Shown one piece after another: positions 9,356-18,512 of a DNA stretch of 27,294 nucleotides (the stretch's first letter is position 1; each line of letters opens with the position of its first letter). The stretch comes from a virus (taxonomy: Duplodnaviria; Caudoviricetes), in IMG/VR virus record IMGVR_UViG_3300028136_000027, positions 1 to 27,294 of that record, one strand, 5' to 3'. The notes under the pieces are model-generated. The model had not been told where the DNA came from and made no database searches. It worked only from the letters and a program-made list of their open reading frames with translations. The position numbers were made by a program, and so were the translations under genes.

Positions 9356-10252
9356 ATGCCAAACCCAACAATTACAAATTCAAGTTATAGTGGAGAGTTT
9401 GCAGGTAAGTATCTAGGTGCTGCCTTGTTATCCGCTAAAACACTAGACGAAGGTGCTGTATCAATCCTTCCTAACATTAAATATAAAGCTGCTATGAAAG
9501 TAGGAGCGTTTTCTGACCTAGTACGTTCAGCAGATTGCGATTTTGACGATAGCACATCTACTTTGACACTAACAGAGAAAGTACTTACTCCTGCTGAATT
9601 GCAAGTAAACTTACAGATTTGTAAGAAAGAATTACATTCAGATTGGGAAGCTGCTCAAATGGGCTTTAGTGCTTTTGATGAATTACCCCCTTTATTTTCT
9701 GACTATGTTATTGCTAGAGTTGCTGCTGAAGTAGCTAACGCAACTGAAACATCTATTTGGTCAGGTAGTGCAGGAGAGGGTTCTTTTGATGGACTTGTTA
9801 CTCTTGCTGCTGCTGACACAGACGTAGTAGACGTAGTAGGTACAACTATTACAGCAGGTAACGTAATTGACGAACTTGCAAAGGTAGTTTCAGCCATCCC
9901 AAGTGGTGTATATGGAAAAAATGATTTGACTATCTACATTTCACAGCACGTAGCTAAACAATATATTGCTGCACAAGCTGCACTAGGTTATAGAGAATTA
10001 TATAACGTAGGTCAAACAGAGATGAACTTTCAAGGTATCAAATTGTTTGCAACAGGTGGACTAGGAGATAACACAATTTTGGCGTCACAAGCGTCAAATT
10101 TATTTTTTGGAACAGGGCTTCTTGATGACCGCAACGAAGTTAAAGTTATTGATATGGCTGACCTAGATGGTTCACAGAATGTACGTGTAGTAATGCGCTA
10201 CACAGCAGGTGTACAGATAGGTGTAGGTTCTGACGTAGTACTTTACGCTTAA
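9356..10252 (+). CDS. Major capsid protein
   Basis: 298 aa after protease and scaffold, with 'ETSIWSG...FDGL'. Followed by a strong terminator. Confidence 0.8.
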   Translation: MPNPTITNSSYSGEFAGKYLGAALLSAKTLDEGAVSILPNIKYKAAMKVGAFSDLVRSADCDFDDSTSTLTLTEKVLTPAELQVNLQICKKELHSDWEAAQMGFSAFDELPPLFSDYVIARVAAEVANATETSIWSGSAGEGSFDGLVTLAAADTDVVDVVGTTITAGNVIDELAKVVSAIPSGVYGKNDLTIYISQHVAKQYIAAQAALGYRELYNVGQTEMNFQGIKLFATGGLGDNTILASQASNLFFGTGLLDDRNEVKVIDMADLDGSQNVRVVMRYTAGVQIGVGSDVVLYA

Positions 10253-10266
10253 TAATTAACTAACAT

Positions 10267-10305
10267 AAAAGGGGTGGGCTAGGCGTATCCTACCTGCCCT
10301 TTTTT
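10267..10305 (+). terminator. Intrinsic terminator after the major capsid gene
   Basis: AAAAGGGGTGGGCTAGG-CGTAT-CCTACCTGCCC-TTTTTT hairpin plus U tract. Confidence 0.8.
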
Positions 10306-10324
10306 AATAAATAAATAAATAAAT

Positions 10325-10864
10325 ATGAGTTGTGCAATAACAAAAGGTAGAGGTATAGGCTGTAAGACGGCTTATGCAGGTATCAAAAATGTATATATTC
10401 TTGATTATAGCGCAGCAATAGCAGCGTTAAGCCCTTCATCAGGTACAGTAACATTACCATCAGATGCTAGTGCTGAATTTTTCAAGTTTGAAGTCAAAGG
10501 TGGTCAAACATCTTTAGAGACAAGCGTAACATCAAGTAGAGAAAATGGAACTACTTTTTATGAAAGTACTTTAAATATTACTTTTCAAAACCTAGATGTT
10601 GAAACACAAGAGGAGATAAAACTCTTAAACAGAGGTAGAGCGCACTATGTTGTTGAACTATATCCTGATGGTACAGGTACTACAAAGTACTTACTAGTAG
10701 GAAAGGACAACGGTGCAGAGGTTACAGGTGGTACTATTGTAACAGGAGCAGCAGCAGGGGATTTACAAGGGTTTACTCTTACAGCAGTAGCTAGTGAGGT
10801 TAATCCACCATTTTTTGCAACAGAGCCTGAAGTAGATGCTGCAGGAACTATTACTCCTGCTTAA
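10325..10864 (+). CDS. Major tail tube protein
   Basis: 179 aa with 'MSCAITKGR..CK...GIKNVY', 'SRENGTTFYE' and 'TGAAAGDLQGFTLT'. Beta-rich. Confidence 0.7.
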   Translation: MSCAITKGRGIGCKTAYAGIKNVYILDYSAAIAALSPSSGTVTLPSDASAEFFKFEVKGGQTSLETSVTSSRENGTTFYESTLNITFQNLDVETQEEIKLLNRGRAHYVVELYPDGTGTTKYLLVGKDNGAEVTGGTIVTGAAAGDLQGFTLTAVASEVNPPFFATEPEVDAAGTITPA

Positions 10865-10875
10865 TATATTTTTTA

Positions 10876-10883
10876 TATATTTG
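10876..10883 (+). promoter_or_regulatory. Bacteroidota sigma70-type -7 element (TATATTTG)
   Basis: Intergenic match to TAnnTTTG. No ORF lies between it and the terminator. Confidence 0.5.
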
Positions 10884-10887
10884 CATA

Positions 10888-10948
10888 GAGTATAAGTTTT
10901 TTTTTGATTATGATTATAAGGGGGGTGCATTAGCATCCCTCTTTTTTT
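10888..10948 (+). ncRNA. Candidate ~60-nt U-rich small RNA
   Basis: Bounded by the -7 promoter element and an intrinsic terminator. Confidence 0.4.
10918..10948 (+). terminator. Intrinsic terminator
   Basis: AAGGGGGGTGC-ATTA-GCATCCCTCTT hairpin followed by a T run. Confidence 0.85.
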
Positions 10949-10970
10949 ATTACAAATTCTTACATTTTAG

Positions 10971-10985
10971 CGTTATACTTATATG
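10971..10985 (+). promoter_or_regulatory. Putative late promoter, copy 3 (CGTTATACTTATATG)
   Basis: Lies just after the terminator and ends in the ATG at 10983. TACAAA is 14 nt upstream. Confidence 0.7.
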
Positions 10986-11402
10986 AGAATACTCACAACA
11001 AGTACTGATGCACAAATAATTAAGTTTATACCACGATTATACAACACAGAAGCAGCTATGATTGTAAGAGATGACACTACAAATATTGCAACTGTTACTG
11101 ATGTTACTTTTACACAAGATGGGGATTATTTAACGCTATCACACTCATTTACTTTAGTAGAGGGTAGGTTTTATGATTTAGAATTTACAAGAGACCCTTC
11201 AGTATGGGGACAATCTCTTTCACAATGGGAGTTGGAGCAAAAACTTTGGAACGATGACGAGGGTATTACATTACTTGTGTATAGAGATAGGATATTTTGT
11301 ACTGACCAAGATGTAGACCAAACACAAAACAAATACTATTCTCCTAATAAAAACGAATACAAGTCAAACAATACATTTGACAATAACTATATAGTACTAT
11401 GA
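10983..11402 (+). CDS. Hypothetical virion protein
   Basis: 139 aa, first gene of the portal operon, with a W-x6-W-x6-W insert. Confidence 0.55.
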   Translation: MRILTTSTDAQIIKFIPRLYNTEAAMIVRDDTTNIATVTDVTFTQDGDYLTLSHSFTLVEGRFYDLEFTRDPSVWGQSLSQWELEQKLWNDDEGITLLVYRDRIFCTDQDVDQTQNKYYSPNKNEYKSNNTFDNNYIVL

Positions 11403-13189
11403 TACACGCATTAAGTTTATCTAATTATGTAAGCCCTACTATTGAAGAAAAAAAGAATAAGGCATTTGTAACATACGGAGATAAAAACTCTTACTTTCAG
11501 TACCTAATAGACCGTTATAATGGTAGCCCTACAAACAATGCTGTTATAAACGGTATTAGTGAGATGATATACGGCAAAGGTTTAGATGCTACTGACAGCA
11601 ACAAGAAGCCTGATGCATACGCACAAGCCATTACACTACTACACAAAGACTGTACACGTAAACTATGTGCAGACCTTAAACTCTTTGGTCAATGTAGTAT
11701 GCAGGTAATTTACAGTAAGGATAGAAAAAAGATAGCAAGGGTTGAGCATATACCTGTTGAACAACTAGCTGCTGAAAAGTGCAACGACAAAGGAGAAATA
11801 GAAGCATATTACTACTCTAGTGATTGGGCTAAATACAACCGTATTAACCAAGTAAAGCGTATACCTGCTTTTGGTATGAGTAATGAAGCTATTGAAATTG
11901 TGTACGTTAAACCTTACAGAGCAGGATACAAGTACTATGCTACCCCTGACTATCAAGGTGGGTTGCAATATGCAGATTTAGAAGAAGAAATATCTAACTT
12001 TCACATCAACAATATACAATCAGGACTATCTCCTAGTATGCTTATTAACTTTAATTCAGGTACTCCAAGTGCAGAAGAAAGGGAGATGATAGAAAGACGC
12101 ATCTATGATAAGTTTTCAGGAAGTAGTAATGCAGGTAAGTTTATACTATCATTTAACGATAGCCCTGAAACAGCAGCTACAATAGACCCTGTACAATTAA
12201 GTGATGCACATAACCAATATCAATTTTTAAGCGATGAGAGCAGCCGTAAGATACTTGTATCTCACAGGGTAGTATCTCCTATGCTTTTGGGAATTAAAGA
12301 CAATACAGGGCTTGGAAACAATGCAGAGGAGTTAAAGACTGCATCTATACTAATGGATAACACCGTTATTAGACCATTCCAAAACTTACTACTAGAAGCG
12401 TTTGATAAAATACTAGCTTTTAACGGTATATCTCTTAATCTATACTTTAAAACACTACAACCTTTAGAGTTTACAGAGATTGACAATGACCTTGTAGATG
12501 ACGAAACAAAAGAAGAAGAAACAGGTATAAAGTTAGCTAGTGATTTAGATAAGTTTGTAGACACAGATATTGCTGATGCCCTTATAGATTTAGGACAAGA
12601 CGAAGAAGAACTACTAAAAGACTTTGAGGTTATAGACGAACAAGAAGTAGATTATGACAATGACGATGACCTTAACCAAAAGATTAAAGAGTTAAACGAG
12701 CAAACTAATCTAGCTAGTACAGGTAGTGCAAAGCCGTATAGTGAAAGCAAACAAGATGGTAAGAGTAAACAAAAAGGTCAAGAGGACAAAACATATTTAG
12801 TTAGATATATGTACAATCCTGCAAAGACTAAAGACACATCTAGGGAGTTTTGCAAGAAAATGGTAAGTGCTAAAAAGGTATATCGTAAAGAAGATATAAA
12901 CGCTATGACAAGTAAAGTTGTAAATGCAGGTTTTGGCAAAGGTGGTTCAGATACTTATTCTGTATGGCTTTACAAAGGTGGAGCGAGATGTAACCACAAA
13001 TGGTTTAGACGTATTTACGCACGCAAGGAAGGTTCTAAAAGTCTAGGTAGTGTAATTAGTACAACAGAAGCTAAAAGTCAAGGATTTAAGCCTGAAACTA
13101 ACGCTCAAAAAGTACCTGTTGCTCCTAAAGATATGAAGTACAAAGGTTATACAGCAGCTTATTGGAATAAAATGGGTTTTAAAAATTAA
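11399..13189 (+). CDS. Portal protein with C-terminal MuF/minor-head-like extension
   Basis: Portal motifs 'YGDKNSYFQYLIDRYNGSPTNNAVI', 'FSGSSNAGKF', 'ILVSHRVVSPMLLGI', 'VIRPFQ'. An acidic linker leads to 'SREFC...GGARCNH'. Confidence 0.85.
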   Translation: MIHALSLSNYVSPTIEEKKNKAFVTYGDKNSYFQYLIDRYNGSPTNNAVINGISEMIYGKGLDATDSNKKPDAYAQAITLLHKDCTRKLCADLKLFGQCSMQVIYSKDRKKIARVEHIPVEQLAAEKCNDKGEIEAYYYSSDWAKYNRINQVKRIPAFGMSNEAIEIVYVKPYRAGYKYYATPDYQGGLQYADLEEEISNFHINNIQSGLSPSMLINFNSGTPSAEEREMIERRIYDKFSGSSNAGKFILSFNDSPETAATIDPVQLSDAHNQYQFLSDESSRKILVSHRVVSPMLLGIKDNTGLGNNAEELKTASILMDNTVIRPFQNLLLEAFDKILAFNGISLNLYFKTLQPLEFTEIDNDLVDDETKEEETGIKLASDLDKFVDTDIADALIDLGQDEEELLKDFEVIDEQEVDYDNDDDLNQKIKELNEQTNLASTGSAKPYSESKQDGKSKQKGQEDKTYLVRYMYNPAKTKDTSREFCKKMVSAKKVYRKEDINAMTSKVVNAGFGKGGSDTYSVWLYKGGARCNHKWFRRIYARKEGSKSLGSVISTTEAKSQGFKPETNAQKVPVAPKDMKYKGYTAAYWNKMGFKN

Positions 13190-13192
13190 GAT

Positions 13193-13693
13193 ATGGCAAC
13201 AGCATTATTTATAAATAGAACTGACCTTGTAAAAAATAGTATCTTGGATGGTAATGTAGATACAGATAAGTTTATTCAGTTTATTAAAATAGCCCAAGAG
13301 GTACACGTAAGAAACTATACAGGAAGTAAATTGTATGACAAATTACAAGCTGATATTATAGGGGATACATTAACAGGTAATTATTTAACTTTAGTAGATG
13401 AATACCTTGCCCCAATGCTTATACACTTTGCTATGGTAGAGTATTTACCTTATTCAGCTTATCAGTTAAAGAATGGTGGACTATTTAAGCACACAAGCGA
13501 AAATTCTGAAACACCTAGTAAAGATGAAGTAGACTTTATTGTTCAAAAAGAACGCAATTTAGCAGAGTATTATACAACAAGGTTTATAGACCATATGAGT
13601 TTTAACAGTAATTTATATCCTGAATATGAAAATAATTCAGATGATGATATATATCCCGACAAAGATAGTTTATTTAATGGGTGGGTTTTATGA
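13193..13693 (+). CDS. Putative head-tail adaptor
   Basis: 166 aa helical protein right after the portal, with 'IKIAQEVH...GSKLYDKL'. Confidence 0.55.
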   Translation: MATALFINRTDLVKNSILDGNVDTDKFIQFIKIAQEVHVRNYTGSKLYDKLQADIIGDTLTGNYLTLVDEYLAPMLIHFAMVEYLPYSAYQLKNGGLFKHTSENSETPSKDEVDFIVQKERNLAEYYTTRFIDHMSFNSNLYPEYENNSDDDIYPDKDSLFNGWVL

Positions 13694-13809
13694 GAATGTA
13701 TAAACCAAAAGAAAAGAATTTAGTTAAATTACAAAAGTTTCTAAATGGGTACAACATTAGAAGGAAAGCAAATAAATCAAACGTATCAGGGTTTACTAAA
13801 AACAACTGA
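13690..13809 (+). CDS. Small basic hypothetical protein (39 aa)
   Basis: MRMYKPKEKNLVKLQKFLNGYNIRRKANKSNVSGFTKNN. ATGA overlap, fills the gap before the fibre gene. Confidence 0.4.
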   Translation: MRMYKPKEKNLVKLQKFLNGYNIRRKANKSNVSGFTKNN

Positions 13810-15835
13810 TAACAACGAGGTTGGTTCATCTGCAAAAGAAATAACGGATGGTAAGGGTAATGGCACAGGTGTTACACTAGACAATAGTGGTAATCTTGCT
13901 GCTAATGCTACTGTTACTGCCAATGCTTTTGTAGGAGATGGTTCACAGCTTACTAATGTACCTTATCCTGTTACAAGCGTAAACACCCAAACAGGAGATG
14001 TAGTACTTGATACTGATGATATTGCAGAGGGTAGTAATGAATACTATACAGATGCTAAAGTAGAGGCTAATAGTGCTGTTGCTGCTAATACGGCAAAGGT
14101 TGGAATAACTGCACAGCAAACTTCTGATATTTTAACTAACAACGATAAGGTTGGTATTACTACACAACAAGCTAACGAGATAGCAGCCAACACTCTAAAG
14201 GTAGGGATAACAACAGACCAAGCAAACGAAATAGCTGCCAATACTTTAAAAACAGGTATAACACAATCCCAAGCAGATGCCATTTCAGCAAACACTTTAA
14301 AAAATTCTTATCCTACTGATGATGCAAATAAATTATTAAGCATTGAAGCAGGAGCAGAAGTAAACACAGTTGATAGTGTTAATAGTTTAACAGGTGCAGT
14401 ATCTTTAGGTTTATTAGACCTTGATGATGTAGGTTCTGATGGTAATTCAGGAGAAGTATTAACAACGAATGGAGCAGGTAGCTTTACATTCGCACCTGCA
14501 GGGGGTGGCACAGGAACGGTAACAAGCGTAAATACTAAAACAGGTGAAGTAGTATTAGACACAGACGATATTGACGAAGGGGATAACAACCTATATTATA
14601 CAGAGGCAAGGGTAAGTGCAAATACAAATGTAGTAGCTAATACTGCTAAAGTTGGAATAACTACTCAACAAGCTGCTGACATTACCACAAATAACGCTAA
14701 AAATAGCTATCCTACTACTGATGCAACAAAAGTAGGTTTTATAAGTGTTACACAGGCTGTTGATTTAGACACAATAGAAAGCAATGTAGCAACGAATAAC
14801 GCTAAAGTGGGCATAACTACCCAACAGGCAAACGATATAACAGCAAACAACGCTAAAGTAGGAATTACCACACAACAAGCTAATGACATAACGGCTAACA
14901 ATGCTAAAGTTAGTATGGTGCTAGGAACAAGTGCAGGTACAGCTTTAGAAGGAGATACTGCTTTACTACAATTAGGTACAACATCTACAACAGCTTTAGC
15001 AGGAGACACAACAACCATAAGTGCACAACAAGCAAGTGATATAAGTACAAATAATGCAAAGGTTGGTATTACAACAGGTCAAGCAGATGCAATAGTAGCT
15101 AACACAGCAAAAACAGGTATAACAACTGAACAGGCAGATGCTATTGTAGCAAACACAGATAAAGTTGGTATTACTACACAGCAGGCATCAGACATTACGG
15201 CTAATAACGCAAAAGTAGGTATAACGACACAGCAGGCTGCTGATATTGTTACTAACAATGCTAAAAACTCTTATCCTAGTACAGATAGTACTAAGGTTGG
15301 TTTTATTAGTATAACGCAAGCAGTAGATTTAGATACTATTGAAAGTGATGTAGCTACAAACAATGCAAAGACAGGCATAACAGCGCAACAAGCATCAGAT
15401 ATTACTACTAACAACGCAAAGATTAGTTTTGATAGCACTTCATCTACTAAACTAGGAACTATCGCAGAAGGTGCAGAGGTTAATGTAAATGCTGATTGGG
15501 ATGCTACAAGTGGAGATGCAGAAATACTAAACAAGCCTACAATACCAACAAACAATAACCAACTAACAAACGGAGCAGGTTATATAACAGACGGTAATAC
15601 AGGGTGGGATAACTCTTATGGTTTTATTACTGCTTCTACAACCGACACACTAACAAATAAAAGTGGTAACAACAGCCAATGGACTAATGATGCAGGTTAT
15701 ATAAACGAAGCTGCACAAACAATACACACAAACGCAATAGGAAACGCAATAGACTTTAGTGCAAGAGTTACTTTAGACGGTGGTGTAGCAGAGGGCACTA
15801 GTGGAATAATTAAGAATTTACAAAATATATTATAA
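13745..15835 (+). CDS. Repeat-rich fibre protein (tail or head fibre)
   Basis: About 13 copies of a 17-aa unit (VGITTQQAxDIxxNNAK), VxSVNxxTGxVxL motifs, and 'DTDDIxEG..YYT' and 'GAEVN' fibre motifs. Confidence 0.8.
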   Translation: MGTTLEGKQINQTYQGLLKTTDNNEVGSSAKEITDGKGNGTGVTLDNSGNLAANATVTANAFVGDGSQLTNVPYPVTSVNTQTGDVVLDTDDIAEGSNEYYTDAKVEANSAVAANTAKVGITAQQTSDILTNNDKVGITTQQANEIAANTLKVGITTDQANEIAANTLKTGITQSQADAISANTLKNSYPTDDANKLLSIEAGAEVNTVDSVNSLTGAVSLGLLDLDDVGSDGNSGEVLTTNGAGSFTFAPAGGGTGTVTSVNTKTGEVVLDTDDIDEGDNNLYYTEARVSANTNVVANTAKVGITTQQAADITTNNAKNSYPTTDATKVGFISVTQAVDLDTIESNVATNNAKVGITTQQANDITANNAKVGITTQQANDITANNAKVSMVLGTSAGTALEGDTALLQLGTTSTTALAGDTTTISAQQASDISTNNAKVGITTGQADAIVANTAKTGITTEQADAIVANTDKVGITTQQASDITANNAKVGITTQQAADIVTNNAKNSYPSTDSTKVGFISITQAVDLDTIESDVATNNAKTGITAQQASDITTNNAKISFDSTSSTKLGTIAEGAEVNVNADWDATSGDAEILNKPTIPTNNNQLTNGAGYITDGNTGWDNSYGFITASTTDTLTNKSGNNSQWTNDAGYINEAAQTIHTNAIGNAIDFSARVTLDGGVAEGTSGIIKNLQNIL

Positions 15836-17100
15836 TGAGTATATACCAAAAAGCAAGTTTAGTACAAATACCAAGCGGATATAAGGCAGCAGATGATAAG
15901 CTGTATTCTGTTGTGCCTAATAATGGAGATGGAGACTTTACAATAGATAGTGACGCCGATGCTACAAGAGTAAACAAAGACGGGCTTATAGAAAGCGTAG
16001 TTGCAGACCAAGCTAGACTTAACTATAATTTTATCGATGGTGTAGTACAGCCTGACCCACATTTACTTTTAGAGCCTAGTAGGTCTAATTTAATTACACA
16101 GTCTGAAACTTTTACAACCATATCTAAAGCAAATCTAACTGTTGCAGATAATACAAGTATAGTAGACCCACAAGGTGGAACAAACACTAAAACACTAACA
16201 GCAACAAGCTCAGGCCAGCCTAGATTAGAATGGCGAGGAACTGCTGTTCCTGCAAGTAATACAAGCTATGCTATGTCTTTTTGGGTAAGATACAATACCG
16301 CAAGATATGTAGCAATAGCGCACTATTCACAAACAGGCGAATATGCTATATTTGATTTAGTAGATGGCGAAGTAGAAAATGATGTAGGAACGCAAACAGC
16401 TAAAATAGAAGCGTACAAGAATGGATGGTATAGGGTATCTAAAAGTTTCGAAGTACCTTTAACTGCTTTGGAGAATTATTGGAAGCTTACATTGTGTACA
16501 CAAACAGCGCCATTTACAGGAGTTAGTGGCGAAAAAGCAGATGTTTTTGGTATGCAACTCGAAGCAGGTAGCTACCCAACAAGCTATATACCAACAAGCG
16601 GTTCACCAGCTACAAGGACAGAAGATTTTTGTAATATATCAAGTGGGGGTGCTAGTGTGATAAATAGTTTTAAAAACGAAGGTACTATTTTCTTGGACTT
16701 TGAAGTGCCAACAACTGACCCTTTTTTCCAAATAACTATTTGTAATTTAACAAGTGGAGGTAATAGAATTATATTAAATTTTATTTCTAATGAGATAAGA
16801 TTTCAGGTGCTTCAAAATGGTAGTGGTGCTGTGGGTAGTGTTTTTGCAAATACGCCTGTTTCTTATAATCAAAGAATTAAATTAGCAGGAAGCTTTAAAA
16901 CAGGAGCAGGTATCTTATACAAAAATGGTTCTTTAGCTGATGATATAGACACATCTTTTACTTGTGATTTTGGCGAAACATTACAAAGCGTTAAGTTTTC
17001 GGGAGCAGGTAATACAGCTAAATTTACAGGGAAAATATATCAATTTATGTATTTTGACACAGCCTTAAGTCAATCGGAGTTAGCAACATTAACAAGTTAA
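15835..17100 (+). CDS. Lectin-like (LamG/ConA-type) fibre tip or receptor-binding protein
   Basis: 'ATRVNKDGLIE', 'LLLEPSRSNL', 'NGWYRVS', 'QLEAGSYPTSYIPTSG', and C-terminal 'ALSQSELATLTS'. Confidence 0.7.
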   Translation: MSIYQKASLVQIPSGYKAADDKLYSVVPNNGDGDFTIDSDADATRVNKDGLIESVVADQARLNYNFIDGVVQPDPHLLLEPSRSNLITQSETFTTISKANLTVADNTSIVDPQGGTNTKTLTATSSGQPRLEWRGTAVPASNTSYAMSFWVRYNTARYVAIAHYSQTGEYAIFDLVDGEVENDVGTQTAKIEAYKNGWYRVSKSFEVPLTALENYWKLTLCTQTAPFTGVSGEKADVFGMQLEAGSYPTSYIPTSGSPATRTEDFCNISSGGASVINSFKNEGTIFLDFEVPTTDPFFQITICNLTSGGNRIILNFISNEIRFQVLQNGSGAVGSVFANTPVSYNQRIKLAGSFKTGAGILYKNGSLADDIDTSFTCDFGETLQSVKFSGAGNTAKFTGKIYQFMYFDTALSQSELATLTS

Positions 17101-17110
17101 TAAATAGATA

Positions 17111-17431
17111 ATGGAATTATTTAAGAAATACGAGTTTAACTCAAAAGAACAAGCAGATACTAAAATAACTGCTTTACCACATATAACTGATGAACTAACA
17201 GAAGAAAGTTATTTAGATGGTGGGCATACTATTGTACATCTAGGTCATTTATGGATTGAAGAGCCTACATACGATGAACAAGGCGAAATAGAAACAGAAG
17301 GAGTTGCATCTGAAAAATATAGTGTAGATGTGCTTTGGCAAGATTTAGACAGCAGCCCTTACGGTTGGGCTTCTTACGAAATTACAGTAGAGGGTAATGG
17401 TTCACACACCTTTTTAGGTAGAAACTTTTAA
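17111..17431 (+). CDS. Hypothetical protein, possibly a fibre assembly chaperone
   Basis: Acidic 106 aa following the tip gene. Confidence 0.5.
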   Translation: MELFKKYEFNSKEQADTKITALPHITDELTEESYLDGGHTIVHLGHLWIEEPTYDEQGEIETEGVASEKYSVDVLWQDLDSSPYGWASYEITVEGNGSHTFLGRNF

Positions 17432-17433
17432 TT

Positions 17434-17589
17434 ATGGACTTAAACTCGTTTAAACTTTACGTATTAAATTTATCAGCTATTACAGTTAGTACAATGGATA
17501 TATTAGAAGATAGCCTTAAAATACTTTTATTACTAGTTACTATTGGCTATACCGTTCAAAAGTGGTACGAGTTAAAAAAGAAAAAGTGA
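17434..17589 (+). CDS. Small membrane protein, putative holin (51 aa), not in the ORF track
   Basis: MDLNSFKLYVLNLSAITVSTMDILEDSLKILLLLVTIGYTVQKWYELKKKK. Hydrophobic segments, poly-Lys tail, GTGA overlap with the endolysin. Confidence 0.7.
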   Translation: MDLNSFKLYVLNLSAITVSTMDILEDSLKILLLLVTIGYTVQKWYELKKKK

Positions 17590-17939
17590 GATACTTTAAT
17601 TATAGTGAGTTTGATAGCCCTGATGTACAAGGTAGTGGTCAGATGATGGACAAGACTTTACTAGAAATGCTAGACGAAGTAAGAGACAAATTCGACAAAC
17701 CCATACACATCACAAGTGGCTTTAGAACACCTTCACACAATGAAGCAGTAGGTGGTGTAGAAACAAGTAGCCACTTAAAAGGTTTAGCAGTAGACATAGC
17801 TTGTAAAAAGAGTACAGATAGATTTGATTTAATTAACTGCCTTTTAGACGTAGGGTTTAGCAGGATAGGAGTAGGTAATACTTTTATACACGCTGACATA
17901 GACACTGACAAGACACAAGGTGTAATTTGGACATATTGA
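17586..17939 (+). CDS. Endolysin, peptidase M15 family
   Basis: 'ITSGFRT..HNEAVGG', 'SSHLKGLAVD' and 'FIHAD' zinc-peptidase motifs. The GTG at 17586 is a more likely start than 17562. Confidence 0.85.
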   Translation: MRYFNYSEFDSPDVQGSGQMMDKTLLEMLDEVRDKFDKPIHITSGFRTPSHNEAVGGVETSSHLKGLAVDIACKKSTDRFDLINCLLDVGFSRIGVGNTFIHADIDTDKTQGVIWTY

Positions 17940-18085
17940 GCATAGCAATTATATTTTTATTCCCTACTTCGTTTATAGGTGGTATATCTTACTATCCTAA
18001 AAATGCAGATTACCCATTTAATGAACTAAACATTTATTTGTTTTTGATACAGTTACAATTTAGAACTTATGAGCAAACCATTTAA
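17936..18085 (+). CDS. Small hydrophobic lysis-cassette protein (49 aa), not in the ORF track
   Basis: TTGA overlap. MSIAIIFLFPTSFIGGISYYPKNADYPFNELNIYLFLIQLQFRTYEQTI. Confidence 0.5.
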   Translation: MSIAIIFLFPTSFIGGISYYPKNADYPFNELNIYLFLIQLQFRTYEQTI

Positions 18086-18512
18086 AGATACTAAAGTAGG
18101 TAAGTTTCTAATAGGCGAGAAAGGTTTGTTTAAGAATTTAGCCAATACACTGCCCGACAAAGGCTTTTTAGGCGTTTTAAAGAACTTAATACATACTGAT
18201 AATAGTTTATCCCCATTTGAAAAAGAAAAGGCGTTAGAACTGCTTAAAATGGATATACTAGAAATGGAGCAGGTCACAGAAAGATGGACTAGCGATAATA
18301 CAGCGGATAGTTGGATGTCGAAAAACACAAGACCACTTACATTACTTTACTTAACATTTATGACTACTTTGTTTGTTATTTTAGATAGTAGTGATAGCCC
18401 TTTTAAAGTTAGTACTGAATGGGTAGAACTTCTTAAAACACTTTTAGTTACTGTTTATGTTGCATATTTTGGCAGTAGAGGCTTTGAAAAATACAAAAAA
18501 ATTACTAAATAA
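18069..18512 (+). CDS. Holin, GTA 3TM-holin-like
   Basis: 'RWTSD...DSWMSKNTRPL', two hydrophobic helices and 'AYFGSRGFEK'. Confidence 0.75.
   Translation: MSKPFKDTKVGKFLIGEKGLFKNLANTLPDKGFLGVLKNLIHTDNSLSPFEKEKALELLKMDILEMEQVTERWTSDNTADSWMSKNTRPLTLLYLTFMTTLFVILDSSDSPFKVSTEWVELLKTLLVTVYVAYFGSRGFEKYKKITK

Noticed and set aside
14070-15430. Periodic ~51-nt repeats as a CRISPR array or DGR repeat
   Set aside because: The repeats are in-frame, codon-degenerate protein repeats without unique spacers. No cas or reverse transcriptase gene is present.
17562-17585. Track start of the endolysin at 17562
   Set aside because: It overlaps the holin-like ORF. The GTG at 17586 gives a typical 4-nt overlap.
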